From assembly GCF_009914755.1 (NCBI RefSeq), contig NC_060947.1: DNA of 64,000 nucleotides, one strand, 5' to 3'. Of this stretch, positions 25,441-40,100 are shown piece after piece. The notes under the pieces were generated by a model. The model was not told the DNA's origin. It saw only the letters and a program-made list of their open reading frames with translations, and ran no database searches. Every line of letters starts with the position of its first letter. Position 1 is the stretch's first letter. The DNA comes from the human T2T-CHM13v2.0 reference genome, Homo sapiens. Both the position numbers and the translations under genes were made by a program.

Positions 25441-26905
25441 TTATATGCTGGAGTTTACATTTCTGCTTTGCCTCATCTTGTCTGTGTCTAAAATCTAATT
25501 CCTCAGTTCTGAAAACGCTGGCTATTTATTCATGAAGCTCCAGCTTCACGGTATGAACAGCCCAAGTTTCACTTACCATTATTATTTCAACTCTTTGTTT
25601 AATTTTTATGGCCCTTGGCCATTTCATTTCCTTTCTTAAGGAATCATGAATGTACTTAAAAGTTGACTTTTAATACTTTATGCAACATTTGTATGTTTTT
25701 CTCTGGGGGTTTTCCTTTCTTATCTTCAGAATATCTTGTTCACTGTTCTGTAGTAAGCATGAATGAGGAATTTTATCTGTAATTTTAATTTAATGCTGCA
25801 ATGTATTATTTGAATTTTTGGTACCTAGTGCCATTCTATTTTGTTATATATGTGTATATACAGATATGTATATAAATGCATATTATTGCATAACATGAAA
25901 AGCAATCCAAATTTTTCTATGAAGATTTTGTGACTCTGACATCAAAATTTTGATAGCTATGGCTACTTCAAATGAAAGCATGTATGTTTGCGACATACAC
26001 ACATAAACATACACGCCAGGAAAAACTCAGATTATTGGTGAAACACTAGAGATATTCACTTCGAATCAGCAACATTTGTCTATTATAGTTATTTAGTAAT
26101 GTTTCAAACAATGTTACAATAATTTTTTAGACTTTCTACAAATCAGGCATATATTGTAGCAGAATTTAAATTTTACCTGTTCAGCTTCAAGATAAACCTT
26201 GATTAATTAATTTGTGCTATTTGATCATTTAACATTGTCTTACTTTAACGCTCCCTGTGTCTCAAATAACTACAGTGAGCATGGTATGATCATTTTCTAC
26301 TCTTTGTTACCATAATAGGAGAGTCTCAGTAACATATTACTGAGGGCCACTGTGTACAAATTGGTGCTTGAATGCCTCAGTGATATTATAGAAAATATTT
26401 CCACATCAAGTAATACACAATATTTTATTTTTAAATTTAATCTTAACTCAAAAATGATGCCGTTTAGTCAATGTTATTGTTGATTTTTAATTTGTCATTC
26501 TAAAAATCCTAAATTTTGCAGCTATGGTGAAAGTCATCATGTGGGCAATTTTATTGGTGAGGGCATAATATAATGTAATATTTTGTTAAAATATTATTGC
26601 ATCTATTAAAAACCTTTTAACTAAATTTCATGGTTGTTTATTAATGTCCCTGTTGACCAATCCTACCACCTCCTTATTGAGGTGTCAATGCTCTATAACA
26701 TTGATCCTTTGCCACGAAGATTGTAGTTTCTCTATACTATATATAAACCTTTGTAACACATTTTTAAATGATGTGAATGAACTGGAGATTTTTCAGAAAA
26801 TAACAGAAATAATTGGTATTATCAGCAATCAATTAGAAATTTTAAAGGAATTGATCTTGTTTAGCTTAAGGAATTAATGGTTAAAGGCTGATTAGATTAT
26901 ATGAT

Positions 26906-27151
26906 ACTCCCAGCACTTTGGGAGGCTGAGATGGGGAGATCACTTGAGGCCAGGAGTTTGAGACACGGTGAAACATGTGAAACACCATCTCTACAAAAAT
27001 TAGCTGGGCGTGGTGGCAGGTGCCTGTACAGCTACTCAGGAGGCTGAGATACCAGAATCACTTGAACCTGGGAGGCAGAGGTTGCAGTGAGCCTTGATCG
27101 GCCACTGCACTCAAGCCTGGATGACAGAGCAAGACCCTGACTCAAAAAAAA
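26906..27151 (+). mobile_element. Alu (J/S-like), 5'-trimmed with internal deletions
   Basis: 'cccagcactttgggaggctgag...gaggttgcagtgagc...ctcaaaaaaaa'. Confidence 0.88.
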
Positions 27152-30100
27152 TTCAAAATTTATAAGAAGTAAATATTGAAGAATAATACATATATATGTA
27201 TTATCAAACAAGAAGAAATTAAGTGAAAATGAGAAATACGATTTTTAATCAAACAGAAAAGATCTGTAAGACATAAATTAATTATATGCCTCTTGAGATC
27301 TTCAGGAGATTAGGCAATCAACCCTCCTGAGTTGTTTACTCAAAAGGGAGCAGTACAGAGCCAGATAATGGCACAGTTTATGTCTCATTTTGTAAATTTC
27401 TACATAATTGACCTCTTCAATAGGTAATTCTAGCAGTTGGAAAAGGCATCTTTTGGTACTCATTGGAATTTGTTGGCTTGGGATGAGATGCTGTCACCTT
27501 CTCAAACGATAGGTAATTCTAATTCACTAAGAATAAAAAAAAATCATCCTCAAGAAAGGCATATTCCATCCTTCCTCTTTCCGTTTCAGTTTTACTTGTA
27601 ACAACTTCACCATTAAACTGGATTAGCAATGAAACAACTACCTGATCTTTGTTAGACATTTGACCAACACTGATATAACCAATGATATATACATGAAATA
27701 AATATCCACTACAAGCTTACAGAATATTTCCCTGCCTATAATATGCCCCAGCTGTTGGATGGTAAAGCTCTTGTTCACTAATACACAAAATACGCCAGAG
27801 ACTAAAGTCTGTAAATATCGAATTGACTATAATTCGAAAGCATATTCCATACAATGTAATACCCATGTCCCTGCCTCTACCTTACATCCCCCTAACTGCA
27901 CAGCTGAGAAAAGCTCCATTTAAACACAATTTCATAATGAGGTAATTAAAACTCACAAATTTATGGGCAAATGTTTTCATCAGCACACATATTTAAATAT
28001 ACAATAAAATTGTTCATAGATTTCAATGACTTTTCTGACAGACTGTAGTGCTAGTTATTGTTTTGTTCCATGCTTATTTTTGTGATCTTTAGTATATAAA
28101 TACTTTTTATATTCCTGGGCAGTACAATTTACTTCATGTATCTCAATTTGGTGTCTAAAATACTATTTTTAAAAGTCATGCTTACACACTAAGGCATGCC
28201 AATCTAGATTTTCTATCAAAGGCAAAATTGATATGTTTTAACTATGCAAAATAAGAAAAGGATGATATTGATAGCTTTGAGTACAATATTTAGGAAAATT
28301 TAAAAGAGTTGTAATGGAAGTATATGGGAAAGTGGTATTTAATAAAATATTTTTAACCTTCAATCCCCATTTTTTTTCTCACAAAATGTGGGTTCTGGCA
28401 TATTAAAATTAATGAGAAAAATATATACATGTGAAGGACTAAATGTCCTACATATATATTACAAGTAAAAATCTTTGACACTATAGGTGTTTCTATTTTT
28501 ATGAGTAAACATTTTAAAATAACAGTTTATAAAATGTATAAGTTGGTGGGTAAATACGTAAGTATTTGCTTCAAAGCTCCCTTTCATTAGTGAGAAAAAT
28601 TTGTATAAGGCATTGCTTTGATACACACTTATAGCTGAATAGTTAAGATCAACAGTTCATTTAAGAGTCTTCTGATACAAAAATAAGTTGTACAAAATTC
28701 TAAAGCAAGATATGAGAAAACGATATTGAATTTTTTCAGAAAGGCAGGTTTTTCAGAATATAGATATGCTGTGCAGAAGGTGGTAGTTTATTCAGTAGCT
28801 ATATATGTTGAGAATTTAGAATCATGTGAAATAGTATAAGTTCTAGGAACTTTATTAGCTTAGTAATCACAGGAGTCAGAGAATGAGACTTTTTGAAACG
28901 ACATAACAATTTGGGAGAATATAAGAAAGGAGTGACTAGGAGAAACAACTGGGTATCAGAAGTTTTCAACTTATTAAATTGGTGCCTGGCAAAACATTGA
29001 CAGACAGAACATTGATAACTGCCAGACTCAAATATCCAACTTTCTGTCTCTGTTTCTTAAATTTAACTTTTTCATATTGTAGTAAAGATAGCCCTTTGAA
29101 ACATTATTCACATCAGATTACATTTGCTTAAACATCTACAGATGAACCTCATGCTGAATTTCTCTTTTGTCTTGTTTCCCCTTTACATCATATCTCATTA
29201 CTTCAATTTCTTTTGATTCTGCACATCAACCATGTACAAATATTGCACCCTCTTACACAAACCTGCTTCTTCCATGACGACATTATAATCTGCCTTCATC
29301 ACATTTGCTGTGAATATTTGTCACGACTTTTGGTTGCCTATCATCTGAGCTCCCATTATTTGGTTAGTGCTTTACATTATGAATTTTATAGGACAGAAAA
29401 CCCACTTCCCACTATACACAATAAAAGATTCCAGAGCTCTAATTGTCTTTTTAGCATGTAACTAGGCTTGTCACCCGTGTAAAATTTTGAATTTGGTGTT
29501 ACTGACACTGCCTTTGCGCTACCACGAATGTTTTCTTCAGTATGCCCTTCTTCCTTTATTCCTGCTCATTTTCTGAGCCTGGCTTTTCGGTATTCTTGAT
29601 GATTTCAGAGCTACCAAATAACATTTTAATAAAATGCATTTTTATTGAAGATTTCTAACGTAGTCTTGGTTTCCTGAAAGTAAGAACACTAACTAAATCA
29701 TCTCTTATATCTGATCTTGTTTTTTTAATTGTTGTTTTTATTTTATAAAGAAAAATGTCTACAGCCCAGAAAAGTAGTATCCTAATAGCAGGCATTAAAG
29801 TATTATATGAAAGTTTGTGGAAAAAATAATTTGAGGCAGAAGGGCATTTCCACATTACTTTCAAATCACAATTAGAAGGTAGCTTATTTCCCACACAGCC
29901 ACTTCTAGACATAGCAGATATTATAACATACAAAAAGTTTCACAATCCTTGGGATTGCTATACATATTTTTTCTTAAATATGTTTAACTTATTTACAAAT
30001 TATAAATGTATAATATCCTGAAATAAATGAAGAAAGCACATGAGACCTTCTCCTCATGTATTTGAAAATATTTTTTATTATATTTTCTTATGAAGTGTAT

Positions 30101-30450
30101 AAGGATGAGATCATGCAGTAGATTCAATTTTTTATATTTTTTATCTTTACTTAAAATTGTAGGCAAAACATTTCTCAATAAAAGTTATAAGTAGGAAAAG
30201 AGAGAATCAGAATTACTAATAACATAATCCACTCTATTTTCGTTTACTACAACTATCTAAACGGGAAACTCAGACTTTATTTACTCTATAAGAGAGAAAA
30301 CTAACTTGGTAAAAGTTATCTAAAATGAAAAAAATAGCAAACTGGGCCAGAATAATGCTTCAAACAACCCAATAAAATAAGAGGAGCATGAATGACCCTT
30401 GGGCAATCATAGAGAACCAAGTCGTTTCCTTGGCTGTTTTTCATAGAAAA

Positions 30451-30560
30451 TAGATAGATGGATAGATGATAAATAGATAGATAGATGATAGATAGATAGA
30501 TAGATATAGATAGATAGATAGATAGATGATAGATAGATAGATAGATGATAGATAGATAGA
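30451..30560. repeat. Interrupted (GATA)n tetranucleotide microsatellite
   Basis: Direct TAGA/GATA repeats with GAT interruptions. Confidence 0.95.
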
Positions 30561-31417
30561 GAAATAGGTATAGATATAGATATTTTATCTAGGTACGTGA
30601 AAATTTGGAAATATTACCAGGATGCCACGAAGGCTTAGGCCTTTTCATTCCCAGAACATAACTCATTTATGTTATAAATAAGGGCTGTAAGAAAGCATGG
30701 GGTATTCTTTAGTCTTTTTCTTGTTGTTAAAATATAACTATTTATTTATATTCTAAATTGTACGAATGTATAGGGTATATTTGCAATTTTGTTTATAACT
30801 TGCATTATGCCATGAGAAGTTTTACATGCATGGTAATTTGTAAACATCTGAAAGTTGTAAGTTGATATCTTCACTGATGGTCAATTTAAGCATAAAATAA
30901 TCAGGTAGGTTTTATCAAAAGACAGTAGAGAACAAGCCATGCACATAATGACTGCTCATGGGCAAACTATTTTATTCTGTCCCTCTTAGACAGAGAACTG
31001 TTTTTATTCTCAACTTGGACATTTGAAAAAGTTAAACATATTGGAGAGAAACTTCATCACCTGAGGGCTGAGAAACAAGGATGAGTAAAATCTAATTGTT
31101 ACTTATTATATTAAGTAGAAAATAAGCATGAAAATCACTTTTAACCAATGTTCTTCTCTGACAATTCTGAAACTCTCATTTACTGCCTTATAAAAATAAT
31201 TTGTTTATATAATTGAAGCCAGCTGTAGAAAGAAAAATACTTTTTCCCTGATAGTTTGGGAAAAATTTACTCAAAAACAATTTTAAAAATATTTACCTCA
31301 AAAGCCTTGGGATATCTTTCCCAATATCCTTAATTTATATTTTAAAGTCTACTATAGCTACATCACACTCATAATTATGCCCTTTATAACTTTCTTTTAA
31401 TTATCAAAAAGACAATA

Positions 31418-31527
31418 GGGAAGCAGAGGTTGCAGTGAGCCGAGATCATGCCATTGCACTCCAGCCTGGATGACAAGGGCAAAACTCCATCTCAAAAAAA
31501 AAGAAAAAAAAAAAAGAAAAGAAAAAA
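31418..31527 (+). mobile_element. 5'-truncated Alu (AluS right-arm end)
   Basis: 'gcagaggttgcagtgagccgagatcatgccattgcactccagcc' plus a long A-rich tail. Confidence 0.88.
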
Positions 31528-32731
31528 TTACCTACTTTGTAATTAAAACATAGCCCATTGTTCTATAAAACAAGAATCTAGAAAATAACAATTCACTGGA
31601 AAGTTTAAAGTTGTTCTTCTACAACACCATCTATTCTGTGATCATTTCACTTTCTCCTACTGCATTCTATGCCTTTCTTGTGATCTAGTGACTGTAATTG
31701 CATGCAATATTCCAGGTACATATGTTCTGTAGATCAGCAACACGGGATATGTGTTGGTCTCCTTTGTGTAAGAAACAGTTAACAATGACTTCCAAATCCC
31801 CATTCTGAGGTTTGATGGCTAGTTCAGAGCCAATCATTTAAATGTGGTTTAGATTAATTTTCCCTACATGCATACGAGCCATTTGGAATCCAAAGGAAGT
31901 TGAGCAATTTTATGAAACTTGCTCCATAATATTTACCTGCCAAGTGGTTAGTCATGTTAAATCAATATTTTGGCATTAAGCTGAACTGTGATTTTTAAGT
32001 TAGTTCTTAAGGCAGAAAATGTAAACACATAAAAAAAAGCAAGCAAAAAAAGAGGAAGAAGTTTATGAGTATCATGACATTTTGTAGTTTCATATGTTTA
32101 TACGGCAATCAGTACTAATTGTACAGAAATAGCTTCTGTGAGCCAAATAAATCTGGAGTCATGCAGCATCAGAAAAGCACAATTTTCTGCTTATTTGTGA
32201 GAAAATATTTAAATAGTGGAACACTAAGTTGGCTGATCCATAGTAACTTTAATTAGAGTCTGAGAGGGTCTTTCCTTGGAATTTTTTCTTCTTTCTTTGA
32301 TGCAAGATCCAGCTATAATTTAATATATAATCTAGCAAAATATAAGACTAAACTAAGAAGCTAGGGAGATAAAATGTTATCTAGGTAGATACTTAATTAG
32401 CTGATTCAAAACTCCTCTATATGTTTATCTGCATTATAGGTTAATGAAACATACTCCAAATATTATTACAGTCAAAACATTAGAGTGATTACGGTGAACA
32501 TATTATTTTAAAACACTTGACTAGTACCTGGATGTATATTCTATTTTAATATATTTATAATAATTCTACTTTAGATAGATTAAAAATCATAGACTTTGCC
32601 TTATTTTACTTTCTTTGACTTTTCCTGGGTCTAACTGAAAGTGTAATTTATATTCCGCACAGTTATACAATCGTATTTCATTAAAATGTGATTAAGACAC
32701 ACACTGATTTACATAATAAGAACTTATGTTA

Positions 32732-33550
32732 CAATAGTTTCCCCTTATCTCTGGTTTCACTTTCCATGGCTTCAGTGACATTCAGTCAACCATGGTCCAA
32801 AAATATAAAATGGGAAATTCCAGAAATAAACAGTTCATACATTTTCAGTTGCATGTTCACTCTGAATATTGAAATCTTATGCTGTCCAGCTCTGCCTTGC
32901 CCAGGGCATGAATCATCCCTTTGTCTAGCATATTCATACTGTATATGCTTTCTGCCTGTTATTCACTTAGTATTCTTCTCAGTTATCAGATCGACTGTCA
33001 TGGTATCATAGCGATTGTGTTGAAGTCACCCTTATTTTACTTAATAATGTCCCTAAAGCACAAGAGGAGAAATGCCAGTGATTTGGATATGACCAAGAGA
33101 AGCTGTAAAGTGCTTCCTTTAAGTGAAAAAGTGAAATGTCTATTTAATAAGGAAAGAAAATCAATAAAATTGTGACGAAGAAAAAAGAAATTTCGGCTAG
33201 TTTTTTTGTTGCACCTCAAAATGCTAAAGTTATGGCCGCAGTGCATGGTAAATGCTTAGCTAAGAAGGAAAAGGCATTAAATTTGTCAGTAGAAGTTATA
33301 AACAGAAAACTCAATTTGAAAGAGGGATAGTGTATCCATATACATTTTACTATAGTATATTGTTATACTTGTTCTATTTTATTATTGTTGTTAATCCCTT
33401 ATTGTGCCTAATTTGTAAATTAAACTCTATAATAGCTATGTATAAATAAGAAAAAATACATAGTAGATATAGGGTTTATTGCTGTCAGCAGTTTCAGGGA
33501 TGTACTAGGCGTCTTGGAATGCATCCTCTGCTGATAAGGAAGGAATACTG
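32732..33550 (+). mobile_element. MER44/Tigger7 internally deleted DNA transposon
   Basis: Degenerate TIRs (caatagtttccccttatc ... gataaggaaggaatactg), TA at both ends, and a transposase N-terminus remnant (KRSCKVLPLSEKVK). Confidence 0.85.
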
Positions 33551-33629
33551 TATTTAAGATTTTATCATTTACAAAACAGCTTCCAAATTCTTAGGGCATT
33601 TAACATTTAAAAAATAGCTTATGAATTAA

Positions 33630-33770
33630 GCAGGGTAAGAATAATTTTCACTTAGAATTGAGGAAACTGAGACTCCTTATGCTTCAATAACATATTCAAA
33701 GGTAAAAACCACATAGAAAGAAGGCCTAAAATGAGGGATCTTTTAATTCTGAATTATTTTTCTAACACAC
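33630..33770 (-). mobile_element. MIR fragment
   Basis: 'tgaggaaactgagact' core. Confidence 0.5.
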
Positions 33771-34186
33771 AGTATCTTGACTACTTACATATATGGCTTC
33801 CATGATAATTTATTCTTCAGCTGTTTTGTTTCTTATTTCAATAAGAACAAAAACTGAATGGTAACTTTACAGAGTAGAAAAAAATCTAATTTCTTACAAT
33901 TTACTAATCTGATTTCAGAGAGAACCAAATTTAAAGAATTCCAGATTAATGGAAAATTTTGCTGTTTTTTGACTGCATTGAGAATGCTTGACAGCTAAAT
34001 TCCAGCATTTACACACACCTCATCATCAAGAAATAATCTCCCTTACCAAACTTCCCATTCCATAAGCTGAAAATTAAACCCTTCTCCCCCAGTAATAATC
34101 ATGTACATGCCACCCTGTTTGCATATATTTGAAAAACATATGGAGTTTAGCTAGTTAAGGCTTCCTAAAATCTTAGTGACATTGAT

Positions 34187-37100
34187 GGTGGGGGCAGAGC
34201 AAGATGCTGGAATAGAAGGCTCCACTGATCATCCCTCCCCCAAGGACAACAATTTAACAACTCTCTACACACAAAATAAAGCAACTTCATAAGAAGGAAA
34301 AATCAGATGAGCACTCAGTACCTTGTTTTAAATACATATTCCTGAAAAAGGCACTGAAGAAGTAGGAAAAACAGTCTTGAATTGCCAATGCCACCCCTCT
34401 TCTATCCCCTGGCAGTGGTGGCTTGGTGCAGAGAGCAGTTTTGTGCTCTAGGGTGAGTGAGAGCCAGCAATTGTTAGGCATTCAACTTAGTGCTGTCCTT
34501 GTTATAACAAAAAGCAAAACCAGACCAAACTCAGCTGACGCCCACCAACAGAGGGAGGAGCATTTAAACCAGCCCTTGTCAGAGGGGAATTGCTGAACTC
34601 AGTGGTCCAAAACTGAGTTCCTATAAGCCTCGCCACCACAGGCTACAGTGCTCTGGGGCCCTAAATAAAATTGAAAAGCAGTCTAGGCTACAAGTACTGC
34701 AACTCTTAAGTGAGCCTTAGTGCTGAACTGGGCCCAGAGACAGCAGACCGGGAAACGTACGACCTACTAAGACACCAGTCTGGGTGATTAAGGAAGTGCT
34801 GGCATCACCCTTCCCCTAAACCCATGCTGCCCAGGTCATGGCTCAGAAAGAGAAATCTTCCCTCCACTTGAGGATATGAGAGGAAAGAGTGGGGAAAACA
34901 TTGTCAGGTATTTTGGATATCAGTTCAGCCACAGCAGAATAAGGCAACTGTCAGAGTTATGAGGCCCCCTTTCCAGGCCCTATCTCCTCAATGAGATTTC
35001 TAGATATACCCTGGGCCATCAGTGAACCTGCTGCCTTGAAGGGAAGAACTCAACCTTGCAGGATTCATCACCTGCTAACTGAAGAGCCCTTGGGACCTGA
35101 AAAACTAACAGCAACACCTATGTACTAGGTCAAGGGCCTTGGGTGAGATTATAAATCTTGATTTCAAGTGAGACTTAGGACATTTCCAGCTGTGGTGGCT
35201 ACCAGGTAAGGCTCATTCTTCTTGAGAAAAGCAGAGGGAAAAGTAACGGGCACTTCATCTTGCACCTTATGTACCAGCACAGCCACAGGGAGGTGGAACA
35301 CTAAGCAGGCTCTTAGGGTCCTTGATTCCAGAAACTTGCTCTTGAATGGCATTTTAGACCTGCTCTCAGCCAGAGGGGAGCCCACTGCCTTGAAGGGTGA
35401 GTCCCAGGCCAGGCAGAATTTGTAACAGGCTGACTTAAGAGCCATTGGGCCTTAACAGAACATTGGTGGTAGTCTGGCAGTACTCTCCATGGGCCTGTGG
35501 TAGCAGTGGCCTCAATGTGAGGCTGCTCTGCTTTTGGAAAGGGGAAGAAAGAGTGGAAAAGACTGCATCTTGTGGTTTGAGTGTCAGCTCAGCTGCAACA
35601 CAATAGAATACCAGGCAAATTTCTAAGGTTTTTGACTCTAGTGCCTGACTCCTGGATAACAATTCTGGACCCACCAGGTGCCTGGGGGATCTTGCTGCCC
35701 TAAAGAGAAGAACACAGGCCTGGCTGGCTCTGTCACCTGCTGATTGTAGAGCCCAAGGACCTTGAGCAAACATGGGAAGCAGCCAGGGAGTGGTTACAAC
35801 AGGCCCTGGCTATGACCCAGTGCTGTGCTTGCTTTAAGTTTGACCCAGCAGAGTCCTAGTGGTAGTGCCCACAAGGATACTTGTATCACCCTATCTCTAG
35901 CTCCAGGTGGCTGAGAACAGAGCAAGACAGGCTCCATTTGGAAAAAAAGTAAAGGAAGAGAAAAATAGACTATGCCAAGTAATGCAAAGAACTCTCCTGG
36001 ATCTTATCTAAGACCATCAATGCAGTACCACCACAAGTCTGCAGAAACAACAGCATTACTAAACATGGGGTGCCCTTGAAGCCAATACAGCTTACACCAC
36101 AACACTGAAGTACTTCTGAATATCTGGGAAGCCTCCTCAAAAAGTATAGGTAAAAACAAGCACAGACTGTAAAGAAAAATAAACACTTAACTCGTCAATT
36201 TCCAGTCACAGATGAACATCTAAAAGTATAAACACCATCCAGGAAAACATGAACTTATCAAATGAACTAAATAAGGCACCAGAGACAAATCCTGGAGAAA
36301 CAGAGATATGAGACCTTTCAGACAGAGAACTCAATATGGCTGCATTGAGGAAACTCAAAGAAATTCAAGGTAATATGGTGAAGGAATTCAAAATTCCATC
36401 AGACAAATTTAACAGAGAGACTGAAATAAGTAAAAAAAAAATCAAATAGAATTTTTCTGGAGCTGAATAATGCAATTGCCGTAATGAAATCTTTTAATAG
36501 CAGAATTGATCAAGCCAAAGAAAGAATTAGTGAGCTTGAAGACAGGCTATTTGAAAATACACAGTCGGAGGAGACAAAAGAAAAGAAAAGAGCAACAATG
36601 AAGCATACCTAAAACATCTAAAAAATACCCTCAAAAGGGAAAAGCTAAGAGTTATTGGCCTTAAAGAGGAGGTAGAGAAAAAGATAGGAGTAGAAAGTTT
36701 ATTCAAAGGGATAATAAAAAAGAATATCTCAAGCCTAAATAAAGATATTAATATCCAAATACGAGAAGGATATAGAACACCAAACAGATTTAACCCAAAG
36801 AAGAATACCTAAAGATATTTACTAGTAATCAAACTCCCCTAGATCAAGGATAAGGAGAGGATTCTAATGGCAGCAAGAGAAAGAAAACGAGTAAAATAAA
36901 TTGCAGTTCCAATACATCTGGCAGAAGACTTTCCAGTGGAACCCTTAAAGTCCAGAAGAGACTGACATGATATATTTAATGTGCTGACAGAGAAAAGCTT
37001 TTAACTTACAGTAGTATATCTGGTGAAAATATCCTTCAAACGTGAAGCAGAAAGAAAGACATTCCCAGACAAACAAAAGCTGAAGGATTTCATCAACACC

Positions 37101-40100
37101 AGATTTGTCCTGTAAGAAATGCTAAAGGGAGTACTTTAATAAGAAAACAAAAGAATGTCAAGTATCTATAAATAATAATCTGAAGGTATAAAATTCACTA
37201 GTAAGAGAAAGTACACAGGAAAGCAGAGAATATTATAAAAATGTGTGTCAACTAATTTCTTCTTAAGTAGAAAGACTAAATCATGAACCAATCAATAATA
37301 ATAGCTAAAACAACGGTTTTCCAAGATGTAAACCTTACAATATGATAATAAATAAAACCAACAAAAAGTTTAAAAGCAGGAGGAAAAAGTGAACACATAA
37401 AATTGTTATTAATTATTTTTGCTGATTTTTTTGCTCATTTGTTTATGCAAAGAGTGTTATGTTGATATCAGCTTAAAATAATTGGTTATAAGATAATATT
37501 TGCAAGCCTCCTGGTAACTCAAACCAGAAAACATACAACAGATACACAAAAAATAAAAAGCAAGAAACTAAATCATATCATCAGAGAAAATCACCTTCAC
37601 TAAAAGGAAGACAGAAAGAAAAGAAGGGAGGATTAGAAGACCACAAAACACCAGAAAAACAAATAACAAAGTGGCATGAATAAGTCATTATTTATGCATA
37701 ATAACATTGAATGTAAATGGACTAAACTCTCTAATCAAAAGATGTAATGTGGCAGAATAAACAAAAATAGATCCAATGATATGTTGCCTTCAAGAAACAC
37801 ACTTTCTTGACACACAAAGACTGAAAAAAATGAGATGAAAAAAAGATATTCCATGTCAATGGAAAACAAAAAAGAGTAGAAGTAGCTATACTTATTTCAG
37901 ACAAAATAGATTTCAAGAATTAAACCCATAAGAAGAGATAAGTTTGGTCACTATATAATGATAAAGGAGCTCAATTCAGCAAGAGGATTTAACAATTTTA
38001 GGTGTATACTCACTGAACACTGGAGTGCCCAGATATATAATATAAATATTATTAGAGCTAAAGAGAGAGATACATACCAATACAATAAGAGCAGGAGACT
38101 TTAACACCACACTTTCAGCATTGGACAGATCTTCCAGACAGAATATCAACAAAGAAACATCAAACTTAATCAGCACTATAGACCAAATGTAACTAATAGA
38201 TATTTAGAGACACTTCATCCAATGACTACAAAATGCACATTCTGTTCCTGAGCACATGGATCTTTCTCAAGGATAGATCATATGTTAGATCACAAAACAA
38301 GTCATAAAACATTCAAAACATTTGAAATAATATCAAGCATCTTGTCTGACTACAGTGGAATAAAACTAGATATCAATAACAATAGGAATTTTGGAAACTG
38401 TACAAATACATGGAAATCAAACAATGTGCTTGTGAATGACAGTATTCCCAATGATGATATTTGAAGGAAATTGAAAATTAAGGAGATTGAAAAATGTCTT
38501 AAAACAAATGATAATGGAAGCATAACATACCAAAACCTATGGAATAGAGAAAACGCAATACTGAGAGGGAAGTTTATAGCTATAAGTGCCTACATCAAAA
38601 AGTAAAATAAACTTCAAATATACAATCTACTGATGCATCTTAAAGAAATAGAAAAGAAAGAGCAAACTAAACTCAAAATTAGTAGTAAAAATGAAATAAT
38701 AGAGACCAGAGTACAAATAAATGCAATTGAAATGAAGAAAACAATACAAAAGATCAATGAAACAAAAAGTTAATTTTATGAAAAGTTAAACATAATGGGC
38801 AAATCTTTAGCCAGACTAAGAAAAAAATAGAGAAGATCTAAATAAATAAAAGAAGAAATGAAAAGGAGACATTACTACAGATACTGCAGTAATTCAAAGT
38901 ATTATTATTGGCTACCATGAGCAATTATATGGCAATCGATTGGAAAATCCAGAAGAAATGGAAAAATTCTTAGCCATAGACAATCTATGAGGTTTGAACA
39001 ATGAACAAATCCAAATCCTGAAAAGACTAATAACAAATAATGAGATTGAAGCAACAATAAAAAGTCTTCCAGTAAACAAAAGCTTGGGACACAGCGTTTT
39101 AAATGCTGAATTTGAAAAAAACAATTAATAAAGAACTAATGCCAATCCTACTCAAGCTATTCTGAAAAATAGAGGAGTGAATACTTCCAAACTCATTCTA
39201 CAAGGACAGTATTACCCTAATACCGAAATCAGAGAAAGACACATCAAAAATATATAGGCCAATATCTCTGATGAATGTTGATGCAAAAATCCTCAACAAA
39301 ATACTAGCAAACTGAATTCAACAAAGCATATAAAAGGTCATTTATCATGATCAAGTCAGATTTATCCCTAGGATGCAGGGATGGCTCAACATATGCAAAC
39401 CAATCAATGTCATACATCATATCAACTGAATGAAGGATAACAATCAAATGATTATTTCAACTAATGCTGGAAAAGTATTTTATAAAATTCAACATCCTTT
39501 CATGGAAAAACCCTCAAAATCTGTGGATAGAAGAAGCATACCTAAACATAACAAAGCAATATATGACAGACTGGCAGCTAATCTCTTACTGAGTGGGGAA
39601 AAATTGAAAGCCTTTCCTCTAAGATCTGACACACGACAAAGATGACCACATTCACCATTGTTATTCAACATAGTACTGGAAGTCCTTGCTAAAGCAATCA
39701 GACAAAAGAAAGAAATAAATGGCATCCAAATTGGAAAGGAAGAATTCAAATTACCTTTGTCTGCAGATGATAGGATCTTATATTTAGAGACAAAACCCTG
39801 AAGAATCCCCTCAATGATCTAGAAATAGAAATACCATTTGACCCAGCCATCTCATTACTGGGTATATACCCAAAGGATTATAAATCATGCTGCTATAAAG
39901 ACACATGCATACGTATGTTTACTGTGGCACTATTCACAATAGCAAAGACTTGGAACCAACCCAAATGTCCATCAATGATAGACTGGATTAAGAAAATGTG
40001 GCACATATACACCATGGAATACTATGCAGCCATAAAAAATGATGAGTTCATGTCCTTTGTAGGGACATGGATGAAGCTGGAAACCATCATTCTCAGCAAA

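Noticed and set aside
27420-27521. 13-bp direct repeat ATAGGTAATTCTA, 89 bp apart
   Set aside because: Only two copies, no element recognised between them, so not interpretable.
29475-29612. Locally CpG-retaining stretch as a possible minus-strand coding exon
   Set aside because: All three minus-strand frames after the candidate acceptor hit stops.
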